NCBI RefSeq assembly: GCF_000315625.1 | Contig: NW_005434656.1 | Coordinates: 541,741 to 605,740, forward strand | Origin: Guillardia theta CCMP2712 | Taxonomy: Eukaryota; Protista; Cryptophyta | DNA: 64,000 bases | Direction of reading: 5' to 3' | In this document: one piece after another, positions 48,501 through 63,100 of the stretch | How the letters are laid out: each line of letters opens with the position of its first letter | Numbering within the stretch: the first letter of the stretch is position 1 | Translations under genes and position numbers: made by a program | The notes under the pieces: generated by a model | The model's database searches: none | Seen by the model: only the letters and a program-made list of their open reading frames with translations | Told to the model about the DNA's origin: nothing

Positions 48501-51500
48501 GAACACTCCGGTCATGGAATATACGGTCATCTCAGTCTCGGCGATCAGGTTCAAGACTCTCTGTCTGACGTCAACCTGCAAGCGAGGAGTCAGAGATGCT
48601 CTTGACATCCTCGCTCGGCACCTTCGGGGCGGTGCTGACGGGGTGGATGATGACGTCACGAGAGCGGGGGATCCGCTGAGAGCCTGCGATGGAGGAGTTG
48701 AGGACCTCTACCCTCACACTAGCTGCTCCGTTGAGGAAGGAAGAGGCGTTGACCTTGTAGAGCGTCAGGGTCAGGGGAACGAGGTCGGCCGTTGGTCCCA
48801 CCTGCACGACGCCGCTGGGGGTGACGGAGATCAGGGAGCAGATGTTGTAGGCTGAGTGAGGCGGGGGCGAGCAGGACGTCAGCTGGAACTGGAGGTCGCG
48901 ATCCCCAGGGCTGAGGCAGAAGGCTTCCTCTGCCAGCCCCTGCCCCTCCTGCAGCTCGAGAGCTGGCAGCGAGCTACAGAAATGCTCGTTCGAGCTGATG
49001 AGGTTGATGAAGAAGGAGGTGGCCGGAGACTGGAAGGCTCCTGCAGCGCAAGTCAGGGAGGCGGGGAGGGAGCATTTGGGGGCAGACCGAGGGAGAGGTT
49101 GGAGACGAGTCGGAGACCACTGAGCTGAACCGTGACGACTCCCTTCCAGATGGAGAGGCTCGTGAAGTTCAGGTGGGCTACTCCTTCGCTCCCATTCACC
49201 TCCAGCCGCACCGAGGATACGAAGGTCTGATCCGCGTCGCTCGTGAACGCCCAGTAGGCTCCCTGGCCGCTGCCGTTGAGGAATCGGAGTTGAGAGGCGA
49301 AGGGGACGAGGAGGAGGCCGGGGGCGGCGGAGACTTGAACGTTGGGGTCGGGCACGAGGAAGGTCGGGCGGGGGATGGGAACGACGTTGATGGTGATGAG
49401 CCGCAGGGCTCCGACGGAGTTGGTCAGCCCCGAGTCTTGGATGTTGACCTGGAAGGACGCGACTCCGTGCTGGAAAGGCGCCAGGGCAAGGCGGAGGCTG
49501 CCGTCGGTCTCGTTGACCAGCGGGGAGGAAGCGAAGAGGGACTGACCCGCGCCCACCACCTCGACCTTGAACGAGAGACGCTGGCAGGCTGCTGCATTCC
49601 TTTGCACGGCATCTGTCGGCCCCAGCGGTGGAGGGAGGGGATCGAAGGCAGCGCAGGGGTACTCTCTGTTGGGCATGAAGTGGCGGAGCTCTACCAGGAG
49701 CCTGTCGCCGTCAACGACAGATTTCATCCTGCACCATGTAACTGGTCTCGTGAGGATGTTCTGGTTCATAGCAAGTCAGCTCTGCAGGTCAGTCAAAAGA
49801 TTTCTCACCACATCGTTGGCCATGAAACTGCTGGAGGCCAGCTCGACGAGTCGCCTCGACCCGAAGGCGGAGGGAACCAGCCCGACATCGTCGTGGTAGT
49901 TGGAGACAAGCTCGTACGTCTTGACTGCCGCCTCATAGAGGGACGAAACAAACACAAGCGCTGAAGCTGCCGAGCTCTCCGACAAGAGAACTGAGTTTGC
50001 GTTGGCAATCCTGTGAGAGCTGAAACGCCATTCGTAGAGCTCCACCCCATTCGAAGCGCTGCAGGTGACGAGGTATCCTCTCCCTCCTATCACCTCGTAC
50101 TCCATCTTCCTCGCCCGCCCCAGGTTCATCCGAAGGGCTTGCTCAGTCGCGTTGCGATCGATGCTCTTTCCCTCCGCTTGCTCGCGACTCGTTCGGGTCC
50201 CCACGCTCCCGTAGTCGCTCTGCAGGAACCCGGAGGTAGGAGAAGAGCTGATCTCCTCGAACCGGCCTGTCTGCTTGTTGAACTGGAAGATGCCGGATCT
50301 GGGCTGAGGCCCTTCTAGCAGGCAGTCTTGAGCGGGTTGGAACCGATCGCAGATGGACTGGGACACGGCGAGGTAGATCTCTTCCTCCACCGAGAACGCT
50401 CTCATCGCTGTCACTCCTCGCAACCGCAGGAGGGACCTGACGCCTCCATGCACCTCGCACCTGCCGTTACAGAACAAATCCTGCGCTTCTTGCGAGCTGT
50501 TGGCCTGCGGGACCGTCCAGAGCTCCTCGCCGATGGCCTGGAACTTCTTCCACATCCCCAAGGAGGACTCGCTCACAAGCTCAGGGTCCCACTGGTAGAC
50601 GACCGACATCGCATCGAACGCTTCCAGGTCACCTCGCACGAGCGCTTCCCTCACCTGACGGCACGTCAGCTCCTGCAAGCTCATCGCGATTCCTTACCTG
50701 TCTGCTCGAGACGGCGAGCAAGTCCCCGACGTCGGGGACGTGGAAGAGCTCGAGGTCGACGACTCCTTGCGCGGGGATGGTCTGGACATGTCGGACAGCC
50801 TCCACCCTTGACGGATCGAACGTGTAAATCTCTACCGTACCATCCGGAACTCCATCTGGGCCGAAGAAGTTGGCGACGAGGAGGAGGAGCTGGGGAAGCA
50901 GGAAGTCAGAGCAGGGGAGACGTAGTGGTCAGACTTCACCTCTTGCGACGCTGTCAGACGCCAGACTGAGAAGTCGGAGGCTCCGAAGGTCTTGAAGGTG
51001 TGGACCCTCTGAAATTCCAAGTCTCGGGCTAGGGGAGTCAGCTTGTAGCCGGGGGAGAACCGGTACAGCACCGACTGGGTGGCAAAGTGATCGACTCGTG
51101 CTGGGCGAGGCTGCCAGTAGACCGCCACGAAGACATAGACGGCGCCGGCATGAAAGAAGGCCTCGACCTTTGACACGTGCGTGTCCGGGTACTCAGAAAC
51201 TTGCGGGAGTGAGCCAAAGAAGGAGAAGTTTCTGCTCGCCTCGTCATACACGTAGAGGGACGTACACAGACGGTCGACGTCATCGCAGAAGCTGCTTCCT
51301 ACAGCGATGTAGTGCCTGAGCGAGTTGTCTTGTAGCACCTCGAAGTGCGTCACCGACGTCGCTCCGTAGTCTCTGACCTGTCGTGATGGATCGGAAGGGA
51401 GAGGATGTTCCAGCCACTGGTCCAACACGAACTCACTCTTGTCGGACAACCAGACGTAGGCGGCGACCCCCCCGAACTGCGACTTGTGTCCGATCTCAGT

Positions 51501-54500
51501 AACGGCGACGAGCAGATGCGTTCTCGTCATCGACGAGAAGACGCACAGGTCAGAGGCAGAGACGAGCGAGGAGGCGGAGGATCTGTAGATGCCGTCGGAG
51601 AGGAGGGCGAAGTCAGCACCCGGGGAGCTGGAGAGGCCGGGGGTACGAGAGAGAAGCTCCTTGGGATGAGCGTTGAGGCGATGGAAGCTTGGAATATCGT
51701 TGAAGCCTGAGAGAGCAAAGTCGATCACCTCGACCGTCCCATTGCTGAAGCGAGCCAGCAGGACTAGCGCGTCGTCTACGGACCCTCCCACTGCGACAAA
51801 GTTCTCCGACGCGTCCACACTAACGGCTCCTCCCAGCCCGTACGCACGAGGTCCCATGCCCTTGCTCACGTCGTACGCATGCAGAGATTGCAGCAGGACG
51901 AGCCTCGTGGAGCCGTTGACGGCGAACACATGAAGGGCTCCCGGCATGTGAGAGATCGCGTAGAGGAAATCTCCATCGGGGCTGAAGGCGAAATCGACGA
52001 TCTGATTGTCGAAGGAGTGGCCGCCAAGGTAGACAAGACTGGCAGAGGAAAGGACGTGGTCAAAGACAGCCAGGGAGTTGGAATACCGTGAGAGGACGAC
52101 GATGCTGCGGCCCGGGCCCGGTCTCACCTTGACAGCAAATGGCCCTTCCATCTTCTCCACAAAGTCTGAGACACCTTTGTACAGACCGATGGAAAGTGAG
52201 GAGTTGAGGTAGCCATAGGAGACGATGTAGTAAGCATGCTGTATGTAGAGAGTTGTCGACAGGGGTCGGAGCCCGTCGATCTCCTGCCCTACCGCCACGT
52301 CCTTTGGTTTTGTACTCTCCGATAGCTCATGCTCGAAGAAGAATCCGTTCCACCTGTACAAATAACTTCTCTCCCGAGCGAAGACCAGGAGGTACTTGTC
52401 GTTGCCCTGCTGGAACACTTGGAAGGAGATCAGGCCGAGACCGATGAGCGTCTGCAGCTGCTCGAGCGGATGCTCGAGATCGACGACCGTCACCGTGTCG
52501 CTTGACAGCGACCCGAAGATAAGGATCATGGACCCCCCGGACTTCATATGCGACACAAGGTCTGCTCCTCCTCGCACCGGCAGGGGCTGCAGCGCCGAGG
52601 CGGACAAGCTGCCGTCAGGGAGAGCTGTCACGTGCGCGGCCAAGTCCGAACTCTGTTGGTCGAACACGCTGTGAGTTGCGTTGATAGGAAAGCCGAAAGT
52701 GTGAACCCCAGAAGCGTCACCGTTTGTCTTGTCAGCTACGGCGAGGTAGTCTCGTCCCCCCCAAGTGAAGACGTCGACAGCAGCAGCTCCGGGCCCGTGG
52801 AGCTCCAAGAAGTTCGTCTCGTTGACATGCAGAGAGTCCTCGCTATCTGCCTTGTACACGAGAGTCTTTCCGAGCAGATTCACGGCGATCAGCACTCCTA
52901 TAGTCGCGTTAGAAGGACTAGTGAAGGTGGCAAATTCCAGCATCTGAGCCCCTTGGATATGAATCTCCTGCACAAGCTGCAGTCTGAACCTGGGCTCCTC
53001 ATAGGTGACGGAGAACACAGCAGAGCTAGCAGTGGAGGAGAGGCCATTCCAATCTCTCGCGACCAACAGGTAACTCTGATTCCCAAGGGTGGCCCGAGTG
53101 ATTTTCCTTACGCCATATAAGAACTCAAAATGGCTCTCAGCACTGAAGCTAATGGCGTCCAGCAACTCTCGGTACTCAAACCGGCTAGAATGGTTGAGGC
53201 TGTACACAGGCAGGGGAGGGAAGAAAGTGAAGTTGGTTGTCGGCATTCCGAACTGTCTGGCGCTAAAAGTGGCGTTGAAGAGAGTTCGACAGCTCCAGGA
53301 AAGTGACAACCTTTGCCACAATCTGAACGTGACCCCGTTGGTCTGGTTGAGGATAGAGACGGAGAGCATGGTGTTTCGATACCCTAGAGTCCATGGAGGG
53401 CTGAGGCACCTGATCCGATCTGACGAGTCTGCTCTCGCGATCGACGCCTGAGCCATCGAGCTGCCGTTGGTGAGCGTGTAGCTGAACTCGCAGAGGTACA
53501 ACGACCCCAACGTGAAACTGCCAGTGACGGTGAAGTTGACGTGAGGAGGATTGAAGACCTTCAGGTTGTCCGAAGGGTCCACGTCAGTCTCGATGGCGTA
53601 CCAGTGATCGTTCTGCTCTTTCTCAAGCATCGGGATCGTAGGAGAGGCCGACAAGACCTCAGCATAGCGGAGGTAGAGGTACCGGACCTGTTCCGCGCTC
53701 AACGACCTGCTGAAGACCCGGAGACTCTTGATCGCTCCTACATGTGGGAAGTTGCTTGAATATCTGCGGTCCACGAAGGTCCCGATGCTGAAGGGCCCGT
53801 CAGAGTAGAAAATGTTCCCGCACTGGGGCAGGATGCAGGCAGACTCGTTCATCACGTTTTCCCCGTCAAGGAAGATCTGCAGGAACTTGGAGTCATAGCT
53901 GCAGACCAGATGCTTCCACTCCCCGCGGTTGATCGTCTGAGTGAAGTTTACCTCAGACGTGCCCATCGAGCTGCTCGACCTGTTGGTGTTCAGCGTCCAG
54001 ACGAATGTGACCGACAGCTTCTGGCTGTTAACGTGGTTGACGCTGTAGACGATGCTCCACCCTGACCGGTCGAAGTAGCCGTCTCTCGTCGAGACAAGGC
54101 CCGCAAACTTGCGGATGTTGGTCGCCTCGATTGAGAACCAAAGCTCGATAGAGACTTGCTGGGAAGGGAGAGCGTCCTGGTTCCTGATTTGTGAGAGTTG
54201 GTCGGTGAGGAACAGACCGCTGTTGAGGCAGTCGTCGAACTGGAGAGCCTCGACCTCCAGGTTGTATCGTATCATCGCAGCTCTCAGGGTGAAGCGAGAA
54301 GTTCTTGTGGTGTCCGTTTCCCAGATCGTGTCTCGAACGCAGTAAGGGATGGTCAGGAACGCAGCTCCCAGCATGTTGGTCTGGTCGCTGATCGCTGCTT
54401 GCTCGATCTGCACGAGCGAGTCATCGACAGCCCCAGGCCGAGTCAAAGAGAGCTTACCTCCGTCAAGAAGCTGTTTTCCGGGCACTCGACGACGTTTTGC

Positions 54501-57111
54501 AGCCGGGAATAGGTGCAAGTCAGGTTGCAACTGACCTGAGAAGGACAGTCAGCTACCAAGCACCTCTCCTCGCAACCAGCAAGACCTGTCCGCTCGAGAA
54601 GTTGTTCCATACCATCATGGGCGAGCTGAACGCACTCGATCGCATGTCCCACCAGCCCACCGTGATGTTGAGGAGAGCAGAATCATTGGATGCCGAATAG
54701 TCCATAGCGGCATTATCAACAACACCATCCTCCTGCAGACAGCCAACGGCAGGCAGTACAGCAGTGGCATTCTTGTCCTCCAGCACGCTCAGCCCGCAGA
54801 TGTGACTGAGCTGGACCGATCGATTCTCCTCGTTCTCGAAGGCATGCAAGAAGCGGAACCTGTGCTCATTGTTCGCCCTCCTCTCCATCAGCACGGGACT
54901 GGCATTGCCGTTGAGCCACGAGTAGAGCGAGAGCGTGTCTGTCTCGTACTCGATGGTATACAAGAAGCCGTTCTCCACATCTCGGGCGAAGTCAACGGCA
55001 TACTCGAATCCAGGGATGCTCAGCACGTTGTCTGGGGCTCCTCCGAGCACCTTCAGCGATCGGCTGCTGCTGTTCCAGTCGAGCCGAACAACCTCGGCAG
55101 GAATGACGTGCTCCACAGGCGTCTGGTCCTGGATGAAGCGGTCAAGGCGGATGTCACCGGAACCCTCTAAGACTGTGATAACGCCGGGGCCCTGGCTGTC
55201 CTGGATCGCCTGTGTTACAAGTTCAGATGTAGAGATAGCAAGGAACAAGCGATGTGGCAGGACAAATGCGACTTGATCACTTTACCTGTTGCCAGATTGC
55301 ACACACGCCAGTTTCATCCGAGTTGAAGGAGTCGCAGGTGCAGTTGAGCAAGCTTGGGTCCAACAACGTCGGACATGTGGAGCTTTGGTTGATCGCGAAA
55401 GCAGGTTTGATGTTCTCGTGCAGGAGATTGATAGTGAAGGAGTAGATGGAAGAAGAGTTTGCTTCCTGCATGCTCGCCATTACCACACGTGAAGTTCTTG
55501 CAAGAGTCGATCGACCACCTTGCTCTCTAGAGTCCTGACAGTCGGGGCATTCACGTCGCACACGTTGGTAGCTTGCGCGATGTCCTGCCGCACGTCAGCA
55601 GGGAACAGAAGTTGAGGGCTTGCTACATCTGAATTCCCGTCGTCAAACAACTGAACGAACACTTGACACGAGCCGAAGAAAGTGGATGAAAAGTTCAAGA
55701 TCAGGTCTCCGTTGCTGTCAATCCTTGGGAAAGTTTGGAACATCAAAGCTTCAGTGACCTGCAACGGTCGTGTCAAGGTTCAAGGAGGTCAGATCGACGC
55801 TAATATCACATTCAGAACGACGAAAGTCAGGGTCTGCTTGCTGCAGTTGAGCTGTGAAATCGGGCAGTTCTGGAGATAGCAGCTTCAATCGATCCAAAAG
55901 TTGAATGCAATCCTTCAAAACAACCTCGTTCCATGGGCCCGCGACCAACGAGTCTGCCACCCGGACGAATTGTGTGGAAAGGTACTGGAATGGGGACTGC
56001 AATCAGCAGAACGAACAAGAAGACTGCAGGAATATTCACCACAGATATCTCCCCGACGAGCTGAAAGGACGGGGGATCGTTGATGGGAAGGACATGAACA
56101 GAGAACGATTGGGGATCGCTCCTCCTGCGTTTCAACGGGTCAAACTCTTTGATGGCAGGCAGCCTCAGGTCACCTCTTGACGGAGGAGAACTCATCCTGG
56201 ACTTGGAGGACAACCTGCATGTTCAGCAGACCTGCACGTCCTCGTCAGCTGTTCTTGGTGTTCGATCAGCCCTCTAGTACCGAATTGGTTGTCTGCCGGC
56301 TCCACAAACAAGTAGCCGGAGCCATTCACGTACGGCTGGCCCGTGGGGGTGAACAAGCTTGTCCTGACAGCATCTGTCACGGCAAACAACTCCGAGTTTG
56401 CCAACGACAGCGTGAGGGAACTTGCCTGGGATGTTCTAGTATGAACGAGTGATTCAGCACTTCAGACACGTTGCCAACGAAGGTCAAGGATTCAAGGTAG
56501 ATCACCTGCACCCCATCAGCCTCACCGACAAGCTCACCATGAAGTTTCAACCTTGATCTGCTCTGGTGCTGAGTCCTCTAGGATGCACACCCTGCTCCCT
56601 TGGCTGAAGTGAAACCTCGGGAGCGAGTAGACAATCAGGTCCAAGTCCCTGCTGGCAGCCTGCAAGGAAGGAGTCACAAGGAAGGGTCAGAGGAAGAGGG
56701 CTGGGATGCCTTGGAGGAATTGTCCAGAGCCCGTTCGTCATGAAGGGAGATGGTGAGTGGAATGACGCCGACGATGCCGTCGAAGACTTGAAACGACACG
56801 TTCCCATCGAGAGTGATAGCTGGGAGCACCTTGAAGACTTGTTCAGCTGTCACCATGTTGACCTGCGCAAGGGAGTCAGGCAGCCCTCGCGTCATCCTAA
56901 TTTGACACCTGAACGTCAAACACGCCCAGCTGATTCTCGCAGTAGTAGATAGGCTCCCCGCATCGCTTGATGGTACCACAGTCGAGGGCCGACGGGCAGT
57001 CTGATCCTAGCAGACTCTCCCAAGGGCCCATGGAGATGTGCTGGATAAAGGCGGGAAGTACGACAAAGCCCGAGTCTTGCGCTACCTTGATCTAGACAGC
57101 ATCAACATCAG

Positions 57112-57145
<34 letters not shown>

Positions 57146-60100
57146 GAGGAGGGGGAACGGGGAGGAGGAGGGAAGGAAGAGATCAACAGCAGCATCGGCA
57201 GGCGTTCTCACCGCGTCCTGGGTCGGTCGGAAGGCAGGCGGGTCATTCCTTGCGGCTACCGAGATGAGGAAGGACGTGGTGGACTCGTTGATGCCTCCCA
57301 GCTCAGTCCCTCCGTTGTCGCTCACCCTCATGGTGAAGTTCACCAGCCCGAACCGATTTCTCTCCGGCCTCACGATGAGCTTCACGACGCCGCTTGCGCA
57401 TGCCGTGGGAAACTCGAGGTCCTCGCCCTCGAACACACAGAAGGCTCTTAGCTGCGCGATCACTCCGACGGGCCCCGACGACTGCACTAGAGCTACTGAC
57501 AGCACCTGCTGGACCTCGTTGTAGGCCCCGCTCGAGATGTTGGCAAAGTGATCCAAGACCGTCAGGTTTTCCCCCTCTTGCAGGGTGATGATGGGCGTTG
57601 CGGTGATAACGGGTGCGCTGTTGACCGGAACGACGTACAAGGAGACCTTCCGCTCGAAGCTGTTGCTGCTGCAACCGCCGTCGGGACCGCTGTCAGTCAA
57701 GAGGAGGGAGAAGTTGAGGAAACCATTCCAGTGAGGCACCAGAGCAAACGAGAGGCTGCCGTTGAAGCCTCGAGTCAGCCAGTCACTCGCCATGGAGCAC
57801 TGATCAAAGTAGCTCGTGTTGACACTCAGCGTGACGTTGGCGTACAGGAAGGCAGACGCCGTGTCTCCCTCCACCTTCATCTGCATCTCCTGACAAGCCT
57901 CGTTGGCTGGGCCTGCAAGAACGTGGTAGACGAGGTCCCGCAAGACCAGCGCCTCCTCCCTCTGCTGCTCGAGGACCGTAAGGAAGATACGATGGTTGCC
58001 TTCGCTCATCCCGACCGTCTCGTTGGAGGTGACAGCGACGTCAAATGATGGAGGGTTGTTGCAGGGCAAGACGTTGATGTCCAGCTCCTGCAAGGCAGAG
58101 GTCATGGGATAGTTCGTGCTGCCCCCGTCGTCCTGCAGCTCAACCCCGAATTTGAACGTGCCGAACTTGTTGAGCATAGACTGGAAGAGGACGGTACCGT
58201 TGACGAAAATGTCAGGAAGCGGACTCTCGGAAGCGGAAGTTCCTTGGAGGTAGGAGACCTTGAAGGTGACCTCCTGGTTCACATCCCCACAAGGGGAGGA
58301 GCCACTCGAGATGTTAGTGATCAGCCTGGCAGCCAAGTACTCGCCTTCATTGATCTGGACTGAAGGTTGCAGCGTGAACTCGGGTGCCGTGTTGTTAAAT
58401 GAGACTTTGACGCAGAACCTCGAATTACTCTGGTCCTGTCCGGCATTCGCTGTCCCTCCGTTGTCTCTCAGAACGACGTCGACGCACGTCTCCCCGCAGA
58501 GGGAGGGCACGAGCTGGAAGGTCAAGTTCCCCATAACGTCAATCTGAGGAAGGGTCAGGAAGTCTGCAGGAGAAGCTGCAGTGAGGTTAAAGGTCAACTC
58601 CTGGCTCCTCTCGTCCTCTGCTGCAGCTGGACCCGGAGCAATGTCCGTGGCAAAGCCAGGGATGGAGACAGGAGCGATCTTGGCCGCTTCGTCCAGCAGC
58701 AGCAAACTCTCGATGCGAAACCTGGGAGGCTGATTCACCGGCAGGACGTTAATGTTGAAGACAGTCCCCGAGAAGTTGCCGTTGGGCAGGATCATCGAGA
58801 ACTCAAAGGTGGCGTTGCCGTTCTGGTAGGGGACAAGCTCGAAGACGAGACTGCCGCGGAGGTTGTCGAGCATCTCGACTCGCGGGAACTTGAGGAACAT
58901 GTAGGAGTGATTGGAGAGCAGCTTGAAGGAGAATTGACCGTAGAACTTCAGCCTCCTGTCGACGACAACCTCCCTCGTTACTCGGTCGATGAGGTCATAC
59001 TCAGCCGAGCTCAGCAAGATCTGACTCACTGGGCCATAGACTGAGAGAGCGGTGAAGGCCGTCTGAATGAAGTCTTGCGAGTAGATTTCTCTCTGGTCGA
59101 CGACCTCCCGCTGAACAATTGTCGTGTATCCCACCCCGATCATTGCCTCCAGCAAGAGCGTTCGTACGACAGTGCTGCCATTCATCCTCACCTCATACTC
59201 TACCTGCCCGAAGTCCGTGGGGCCCTTGGCAAGGGTCAGACGAGACGAGCAGTCGGGCATGAGCTGGTCGCACGAATGAGAGCAGTTTGCCTCCAGTCGA
59301 ACTGAGGAGAAGACCGGATCTGCAGTCACATTCGCCCATTCATCATCCATCCTCCTTCGAAACCTCTTGGGGCTCAGCAGGAACGAGATGTGGATCTCGC
59401 CGTTGGTGTTCAGGGGAGAGTCTCTACGAGGAAGGATGTCCTGCATCAGATTCTCCAGCATGAAAGGACTCTCCCGCGGGTACTCTGCCCCGTAGATCGT
59501 CACCGTGCTGTTCGAGATCCTGAACGTCGCCTCTGCGTCAAAGTTCTTCACATATGCCTCCGCCCTCCGCACCCACTCCCCCGCCGACGGAAACGCTCCC
59601 TCCAGCCACCCGCTGTACGTGCTCGCGTTCTCTACAAACACCACCGCCTCCTCCTCGCTCAGCCCCACCAGCCCTATCCCGTACACACTCTCTGGCGGCA
59701 GTGCCACCACCCTCCCAAGCTCCATCCCCAGACCCGTCGCCAGCACTCGCCTCGCCTCTGCTAGCGGCACACTCGCCCCGAGCTCAAGCACCGTGTACGT
59801 GCACGCGACCACCAGCGAGAAGTTGTGCTCCTCTGACGTGTTCCTCCCCGCGTACGCGTATCCCCGCTGCGCGTCGAAGGCTTGAGTGCCTGCCCGCAGG
59901 TCCTCCTCGAAGCCGTCGTCCGCTAGCCGCACCCCTACCAGAGCCTCGCCCGACACCCCTGGCGTCACGGTGAACTCCAGGGTGCCGTTGCTGTGGAAGA
60001 AGGGGGGCTGGGCGAACAAGGAGGAAGGGGTAGAGGCGAGGGAGGTAGAGAAGGTGATGTTCTGATCCGACTCAGAGTCTGAACCGTCAGCCCTGACTCC

Positions 60101-63100
60101 TCCTTTGGTTAGGTTTGATGCGAAGGCTTCGTAAAGCTTGTGCGAGTTCTGGTTCAGATAATTTTTCCAAACGATGATGCCATGGACGTAAGCTTGCTGA
60201 TTGGCGATGAATTCAGACACACATTGCTCTTGGAAACAGAGGCTTTGTAGTCTGAAGTTTGGTGCTTGATTGACAGGCAGGACGTAGAGCTTGAGAAGGC
60301 TCCTGTTCTGACTTTGACCACCAGCATCGTCCAACAACTTGACCTCAAACTGCTCGATGCCATAGTTGAACTCGCCCATACAGAAGGTCAAGTCACCAGT
60401 ATGAGAATTAATCTGAACAGAATCTGCCACAAACAAGCTGCCAATGCCGCAGATACCTTGCTGTGTCATCGAGTCAAAAACAAATAACACAGGAGCGGTT
60501 TTGACTCACCGAGCTGATTTGGAAGGAAAGCTGCTGGGATCGCTCATTTGGAAAGTCTTGTTGAGATGCTAATATGGTGTGTGGGGACAAGATGCTTGTC
60601 AGATTGCCTCCATACTGGCAGCTTGACGAAGACGGGCAATCGACACAGTTCTCGTGAACGAAGATCGAAACAATCTCTTGGTATCCGTCAGGCTGCAGCA
60701 GCTTGCACACGTAGGACTCGAACTGCGATATCAGGTCAGTGCAGCAGATGTTGGGGTTGCTTGTGTTCCACTGGAAGTAAGGAGGGTTGTTGAAGCTCTT
60801 CACATCGATGACAAGGGAGATGTTGACAACGCTAGCGGTCTTCCGGGCGACACAATCTCTGCCGCCATCCGCCCGCAAGATGCAGATGCCCCAGATGTCA
60901 GGATCGTCGACGGACGCAGCAAAGATAAACTTCTCCACCCCGTTCTGCCCAGCCGTCAGGTGGAAGAAGAGGTTTCCCTGCAGGTCAATTGACGGCTGCA
61001 TCAGGCCAGAGTACGCGGAGGGCAGAGCATCGAACAGACTGAACGTGACAATTTGCTGCTGCTCCAGGTACGGCAGCTCGTAGAAAGTTGAGAAGTTGGT
61101 AGCAGAGACATCTACGTCCAAGATGACCTCGTCGGTGGAGTAGGTCAAGGTTTCTGGAACCTCTACAAATTTCAGGACTGACACGTTGAAGAAGTTGGTC
61201 ACAGTTCCATTCGTTCCATTCATCGTCACCATGAACTCTGCCTCCACATACTTGAAGGTCCCAACTACCAGAGTCGTGTTGAGACAGGAGTAGGGCGCCG
61301 AGGTCTTGTGGACAAGAGTTCCATTATCGTAGGCAGAAAGCGTACAGTTGTTTTCTATCTTGATGTCCGACACTCGCAGGTTCGGATCGTCTTCACTGAA
61401 ACTCGTCCAGTTCCCTCCTTGCATCCGATACCTCAAAGGAACGACATGGAAATAAACCTGAGGAAACCCATACACATCCAGAGCCGTATCACTCGGAGCC
61501 GTAACATTCATTATGAAATCATCCAGCATGAAAGGACTCTCCCGCGGGTACTCTGCCCCGTAGATCGTCACCGTGCTGTTCGAGATCCTGAACGTCGCCT
61601 CTGCGTCAAAGTTCTTCACATATGCCTCCGCCCTCCGCACCCACTCCCCCGCCAACGGAAACGCTCCCTCCAGCCACCCGCTGTACGTGCTCGCGTTCTC
61701 TACAAACACCACCGCCTCCTCCTCGCTCAGCCCCACCAGCCCTATCCCGTACACACTCTCTGGCGGCAGTGCCACCACCCTCCCAAGCTCCATCCCCAGA
61801 CCCGTCGCCAGCACTCGCCTCGCCTCTGCTAGCGGCACACTCGCCCCGAGCTCAAGCACCGTGTACGTGCACGCGACCACCAGCGAGAAGTTGTGCTCCT
61901 CTGACGTGTTCCTCCCCGCGTACGCGTATCCCCGCTGCGCGTCGAAGGCTTGAGTGCCTGCCCGCAGGTCCTCCTCGAAGCCGTCGTCCGCTAGCCTCAC
62001 CCCTACCAGAGCCTCGCCCGACACCCCTGGCGTCACGGTGAACTCCAGGGTGCCGTTGCTGTGGAAGAAGGGGGGCTGGGCGAACAAGGAGGAAGGGGTA
62101 GAGGCGAGGGAGGTAGAGAAGGTGATGTTCTGATCCGACTCAGAGTCTGAACCATCCAGGAATGTGCCGCCTTTGAGAATGTTCACGTTGAAATTGTCAT
62201 ACCATCTCAGTGCAGACTTGTTGATTGTGCTTTTCCATACAACAAACTGATGTCCGAACGGCTTCGATACAACTTGAACCCGCACGTTCAAGGTCTTTCC
62301 GCTGCAAGTTTGATCGAACCTGTAAAACTTGAGATTGGTGATTAGTGAGAATTCGACAGTGCCAAACTTCTCAAGAGGAAATTCCAACTGGGAGAAAGAG
62401 CCGCATTGGTGACGGGCAGGATCGTAAGAGGTGATAAGAGCCTCGTCGTTCAACGCGATTCTTGGGACAAACTCATCTGCACCGTCAAAGTTGATGTTCT
62501 CAATCATAACACGTATGATCAGGTGAGATCTCGATCGCTCAAAGGTTGGAACTTGCAGAGAGAGAGAGCAAGAAGGGGATTCGTAGGACGTGGAGTCACA
62601 AGCCAAATCTTGAAAGACAACCTCGGAGTATTGTTCCTGACAGCACATTCCGACTGCTTGACGTTGCGATGGCAGGCAGGTGTCACAGACTTGAAAGGAA
62701 GGGGGCTGGTTGATGGGAAGCACATGAAATGTAATGAATACAGGCCCCTGGGCGTTGATCCCTCCACGTTCTACACCCCCATCGTCTTCCAGGTACACAG
62801 AGAAAGTCTTCTCGCCGTTGGCATATTCCAGCAGGCAAGCGGTGAGGTCGCCCGTAGCCACACTGATTGAGGGCCCGAAGGAGAACATCACTGAGTGTCC
62901 TAGGGGAGCTCCGACTTGCGTGAAGGTGAAGGACAAGGTCTGACGGAGCTCGTCTGCCGAGTTGAAGATCGATGGCTTTATAGAGCCCGCAAGGTGACTG
63001 AAGGAGACGCCATGCCCGCAGCCCATCGGAAGTTGTGAGCAATGAAAGCAACTCTCCTCCACCACTATGTCAACCTTGCACGGGTCGTTTGACAGCAGCA

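Noticed and set aside
60461-60509. Overlap and frame change between the 1135-aa and 1132-aa ORFs, suggesting a frameshift or two genes
   Set aside because: A canonical 49-nt GTGAGT...ACAG intron joins them in frame (QISS|QGICG).
59454-62153. Long direct repeats as LTRs of a retroelement (also 34575-36907)
   Set aside because: Both copies are in-frame coding parts of a continuous host ORF, and no gag/pol or transposase lies between them.
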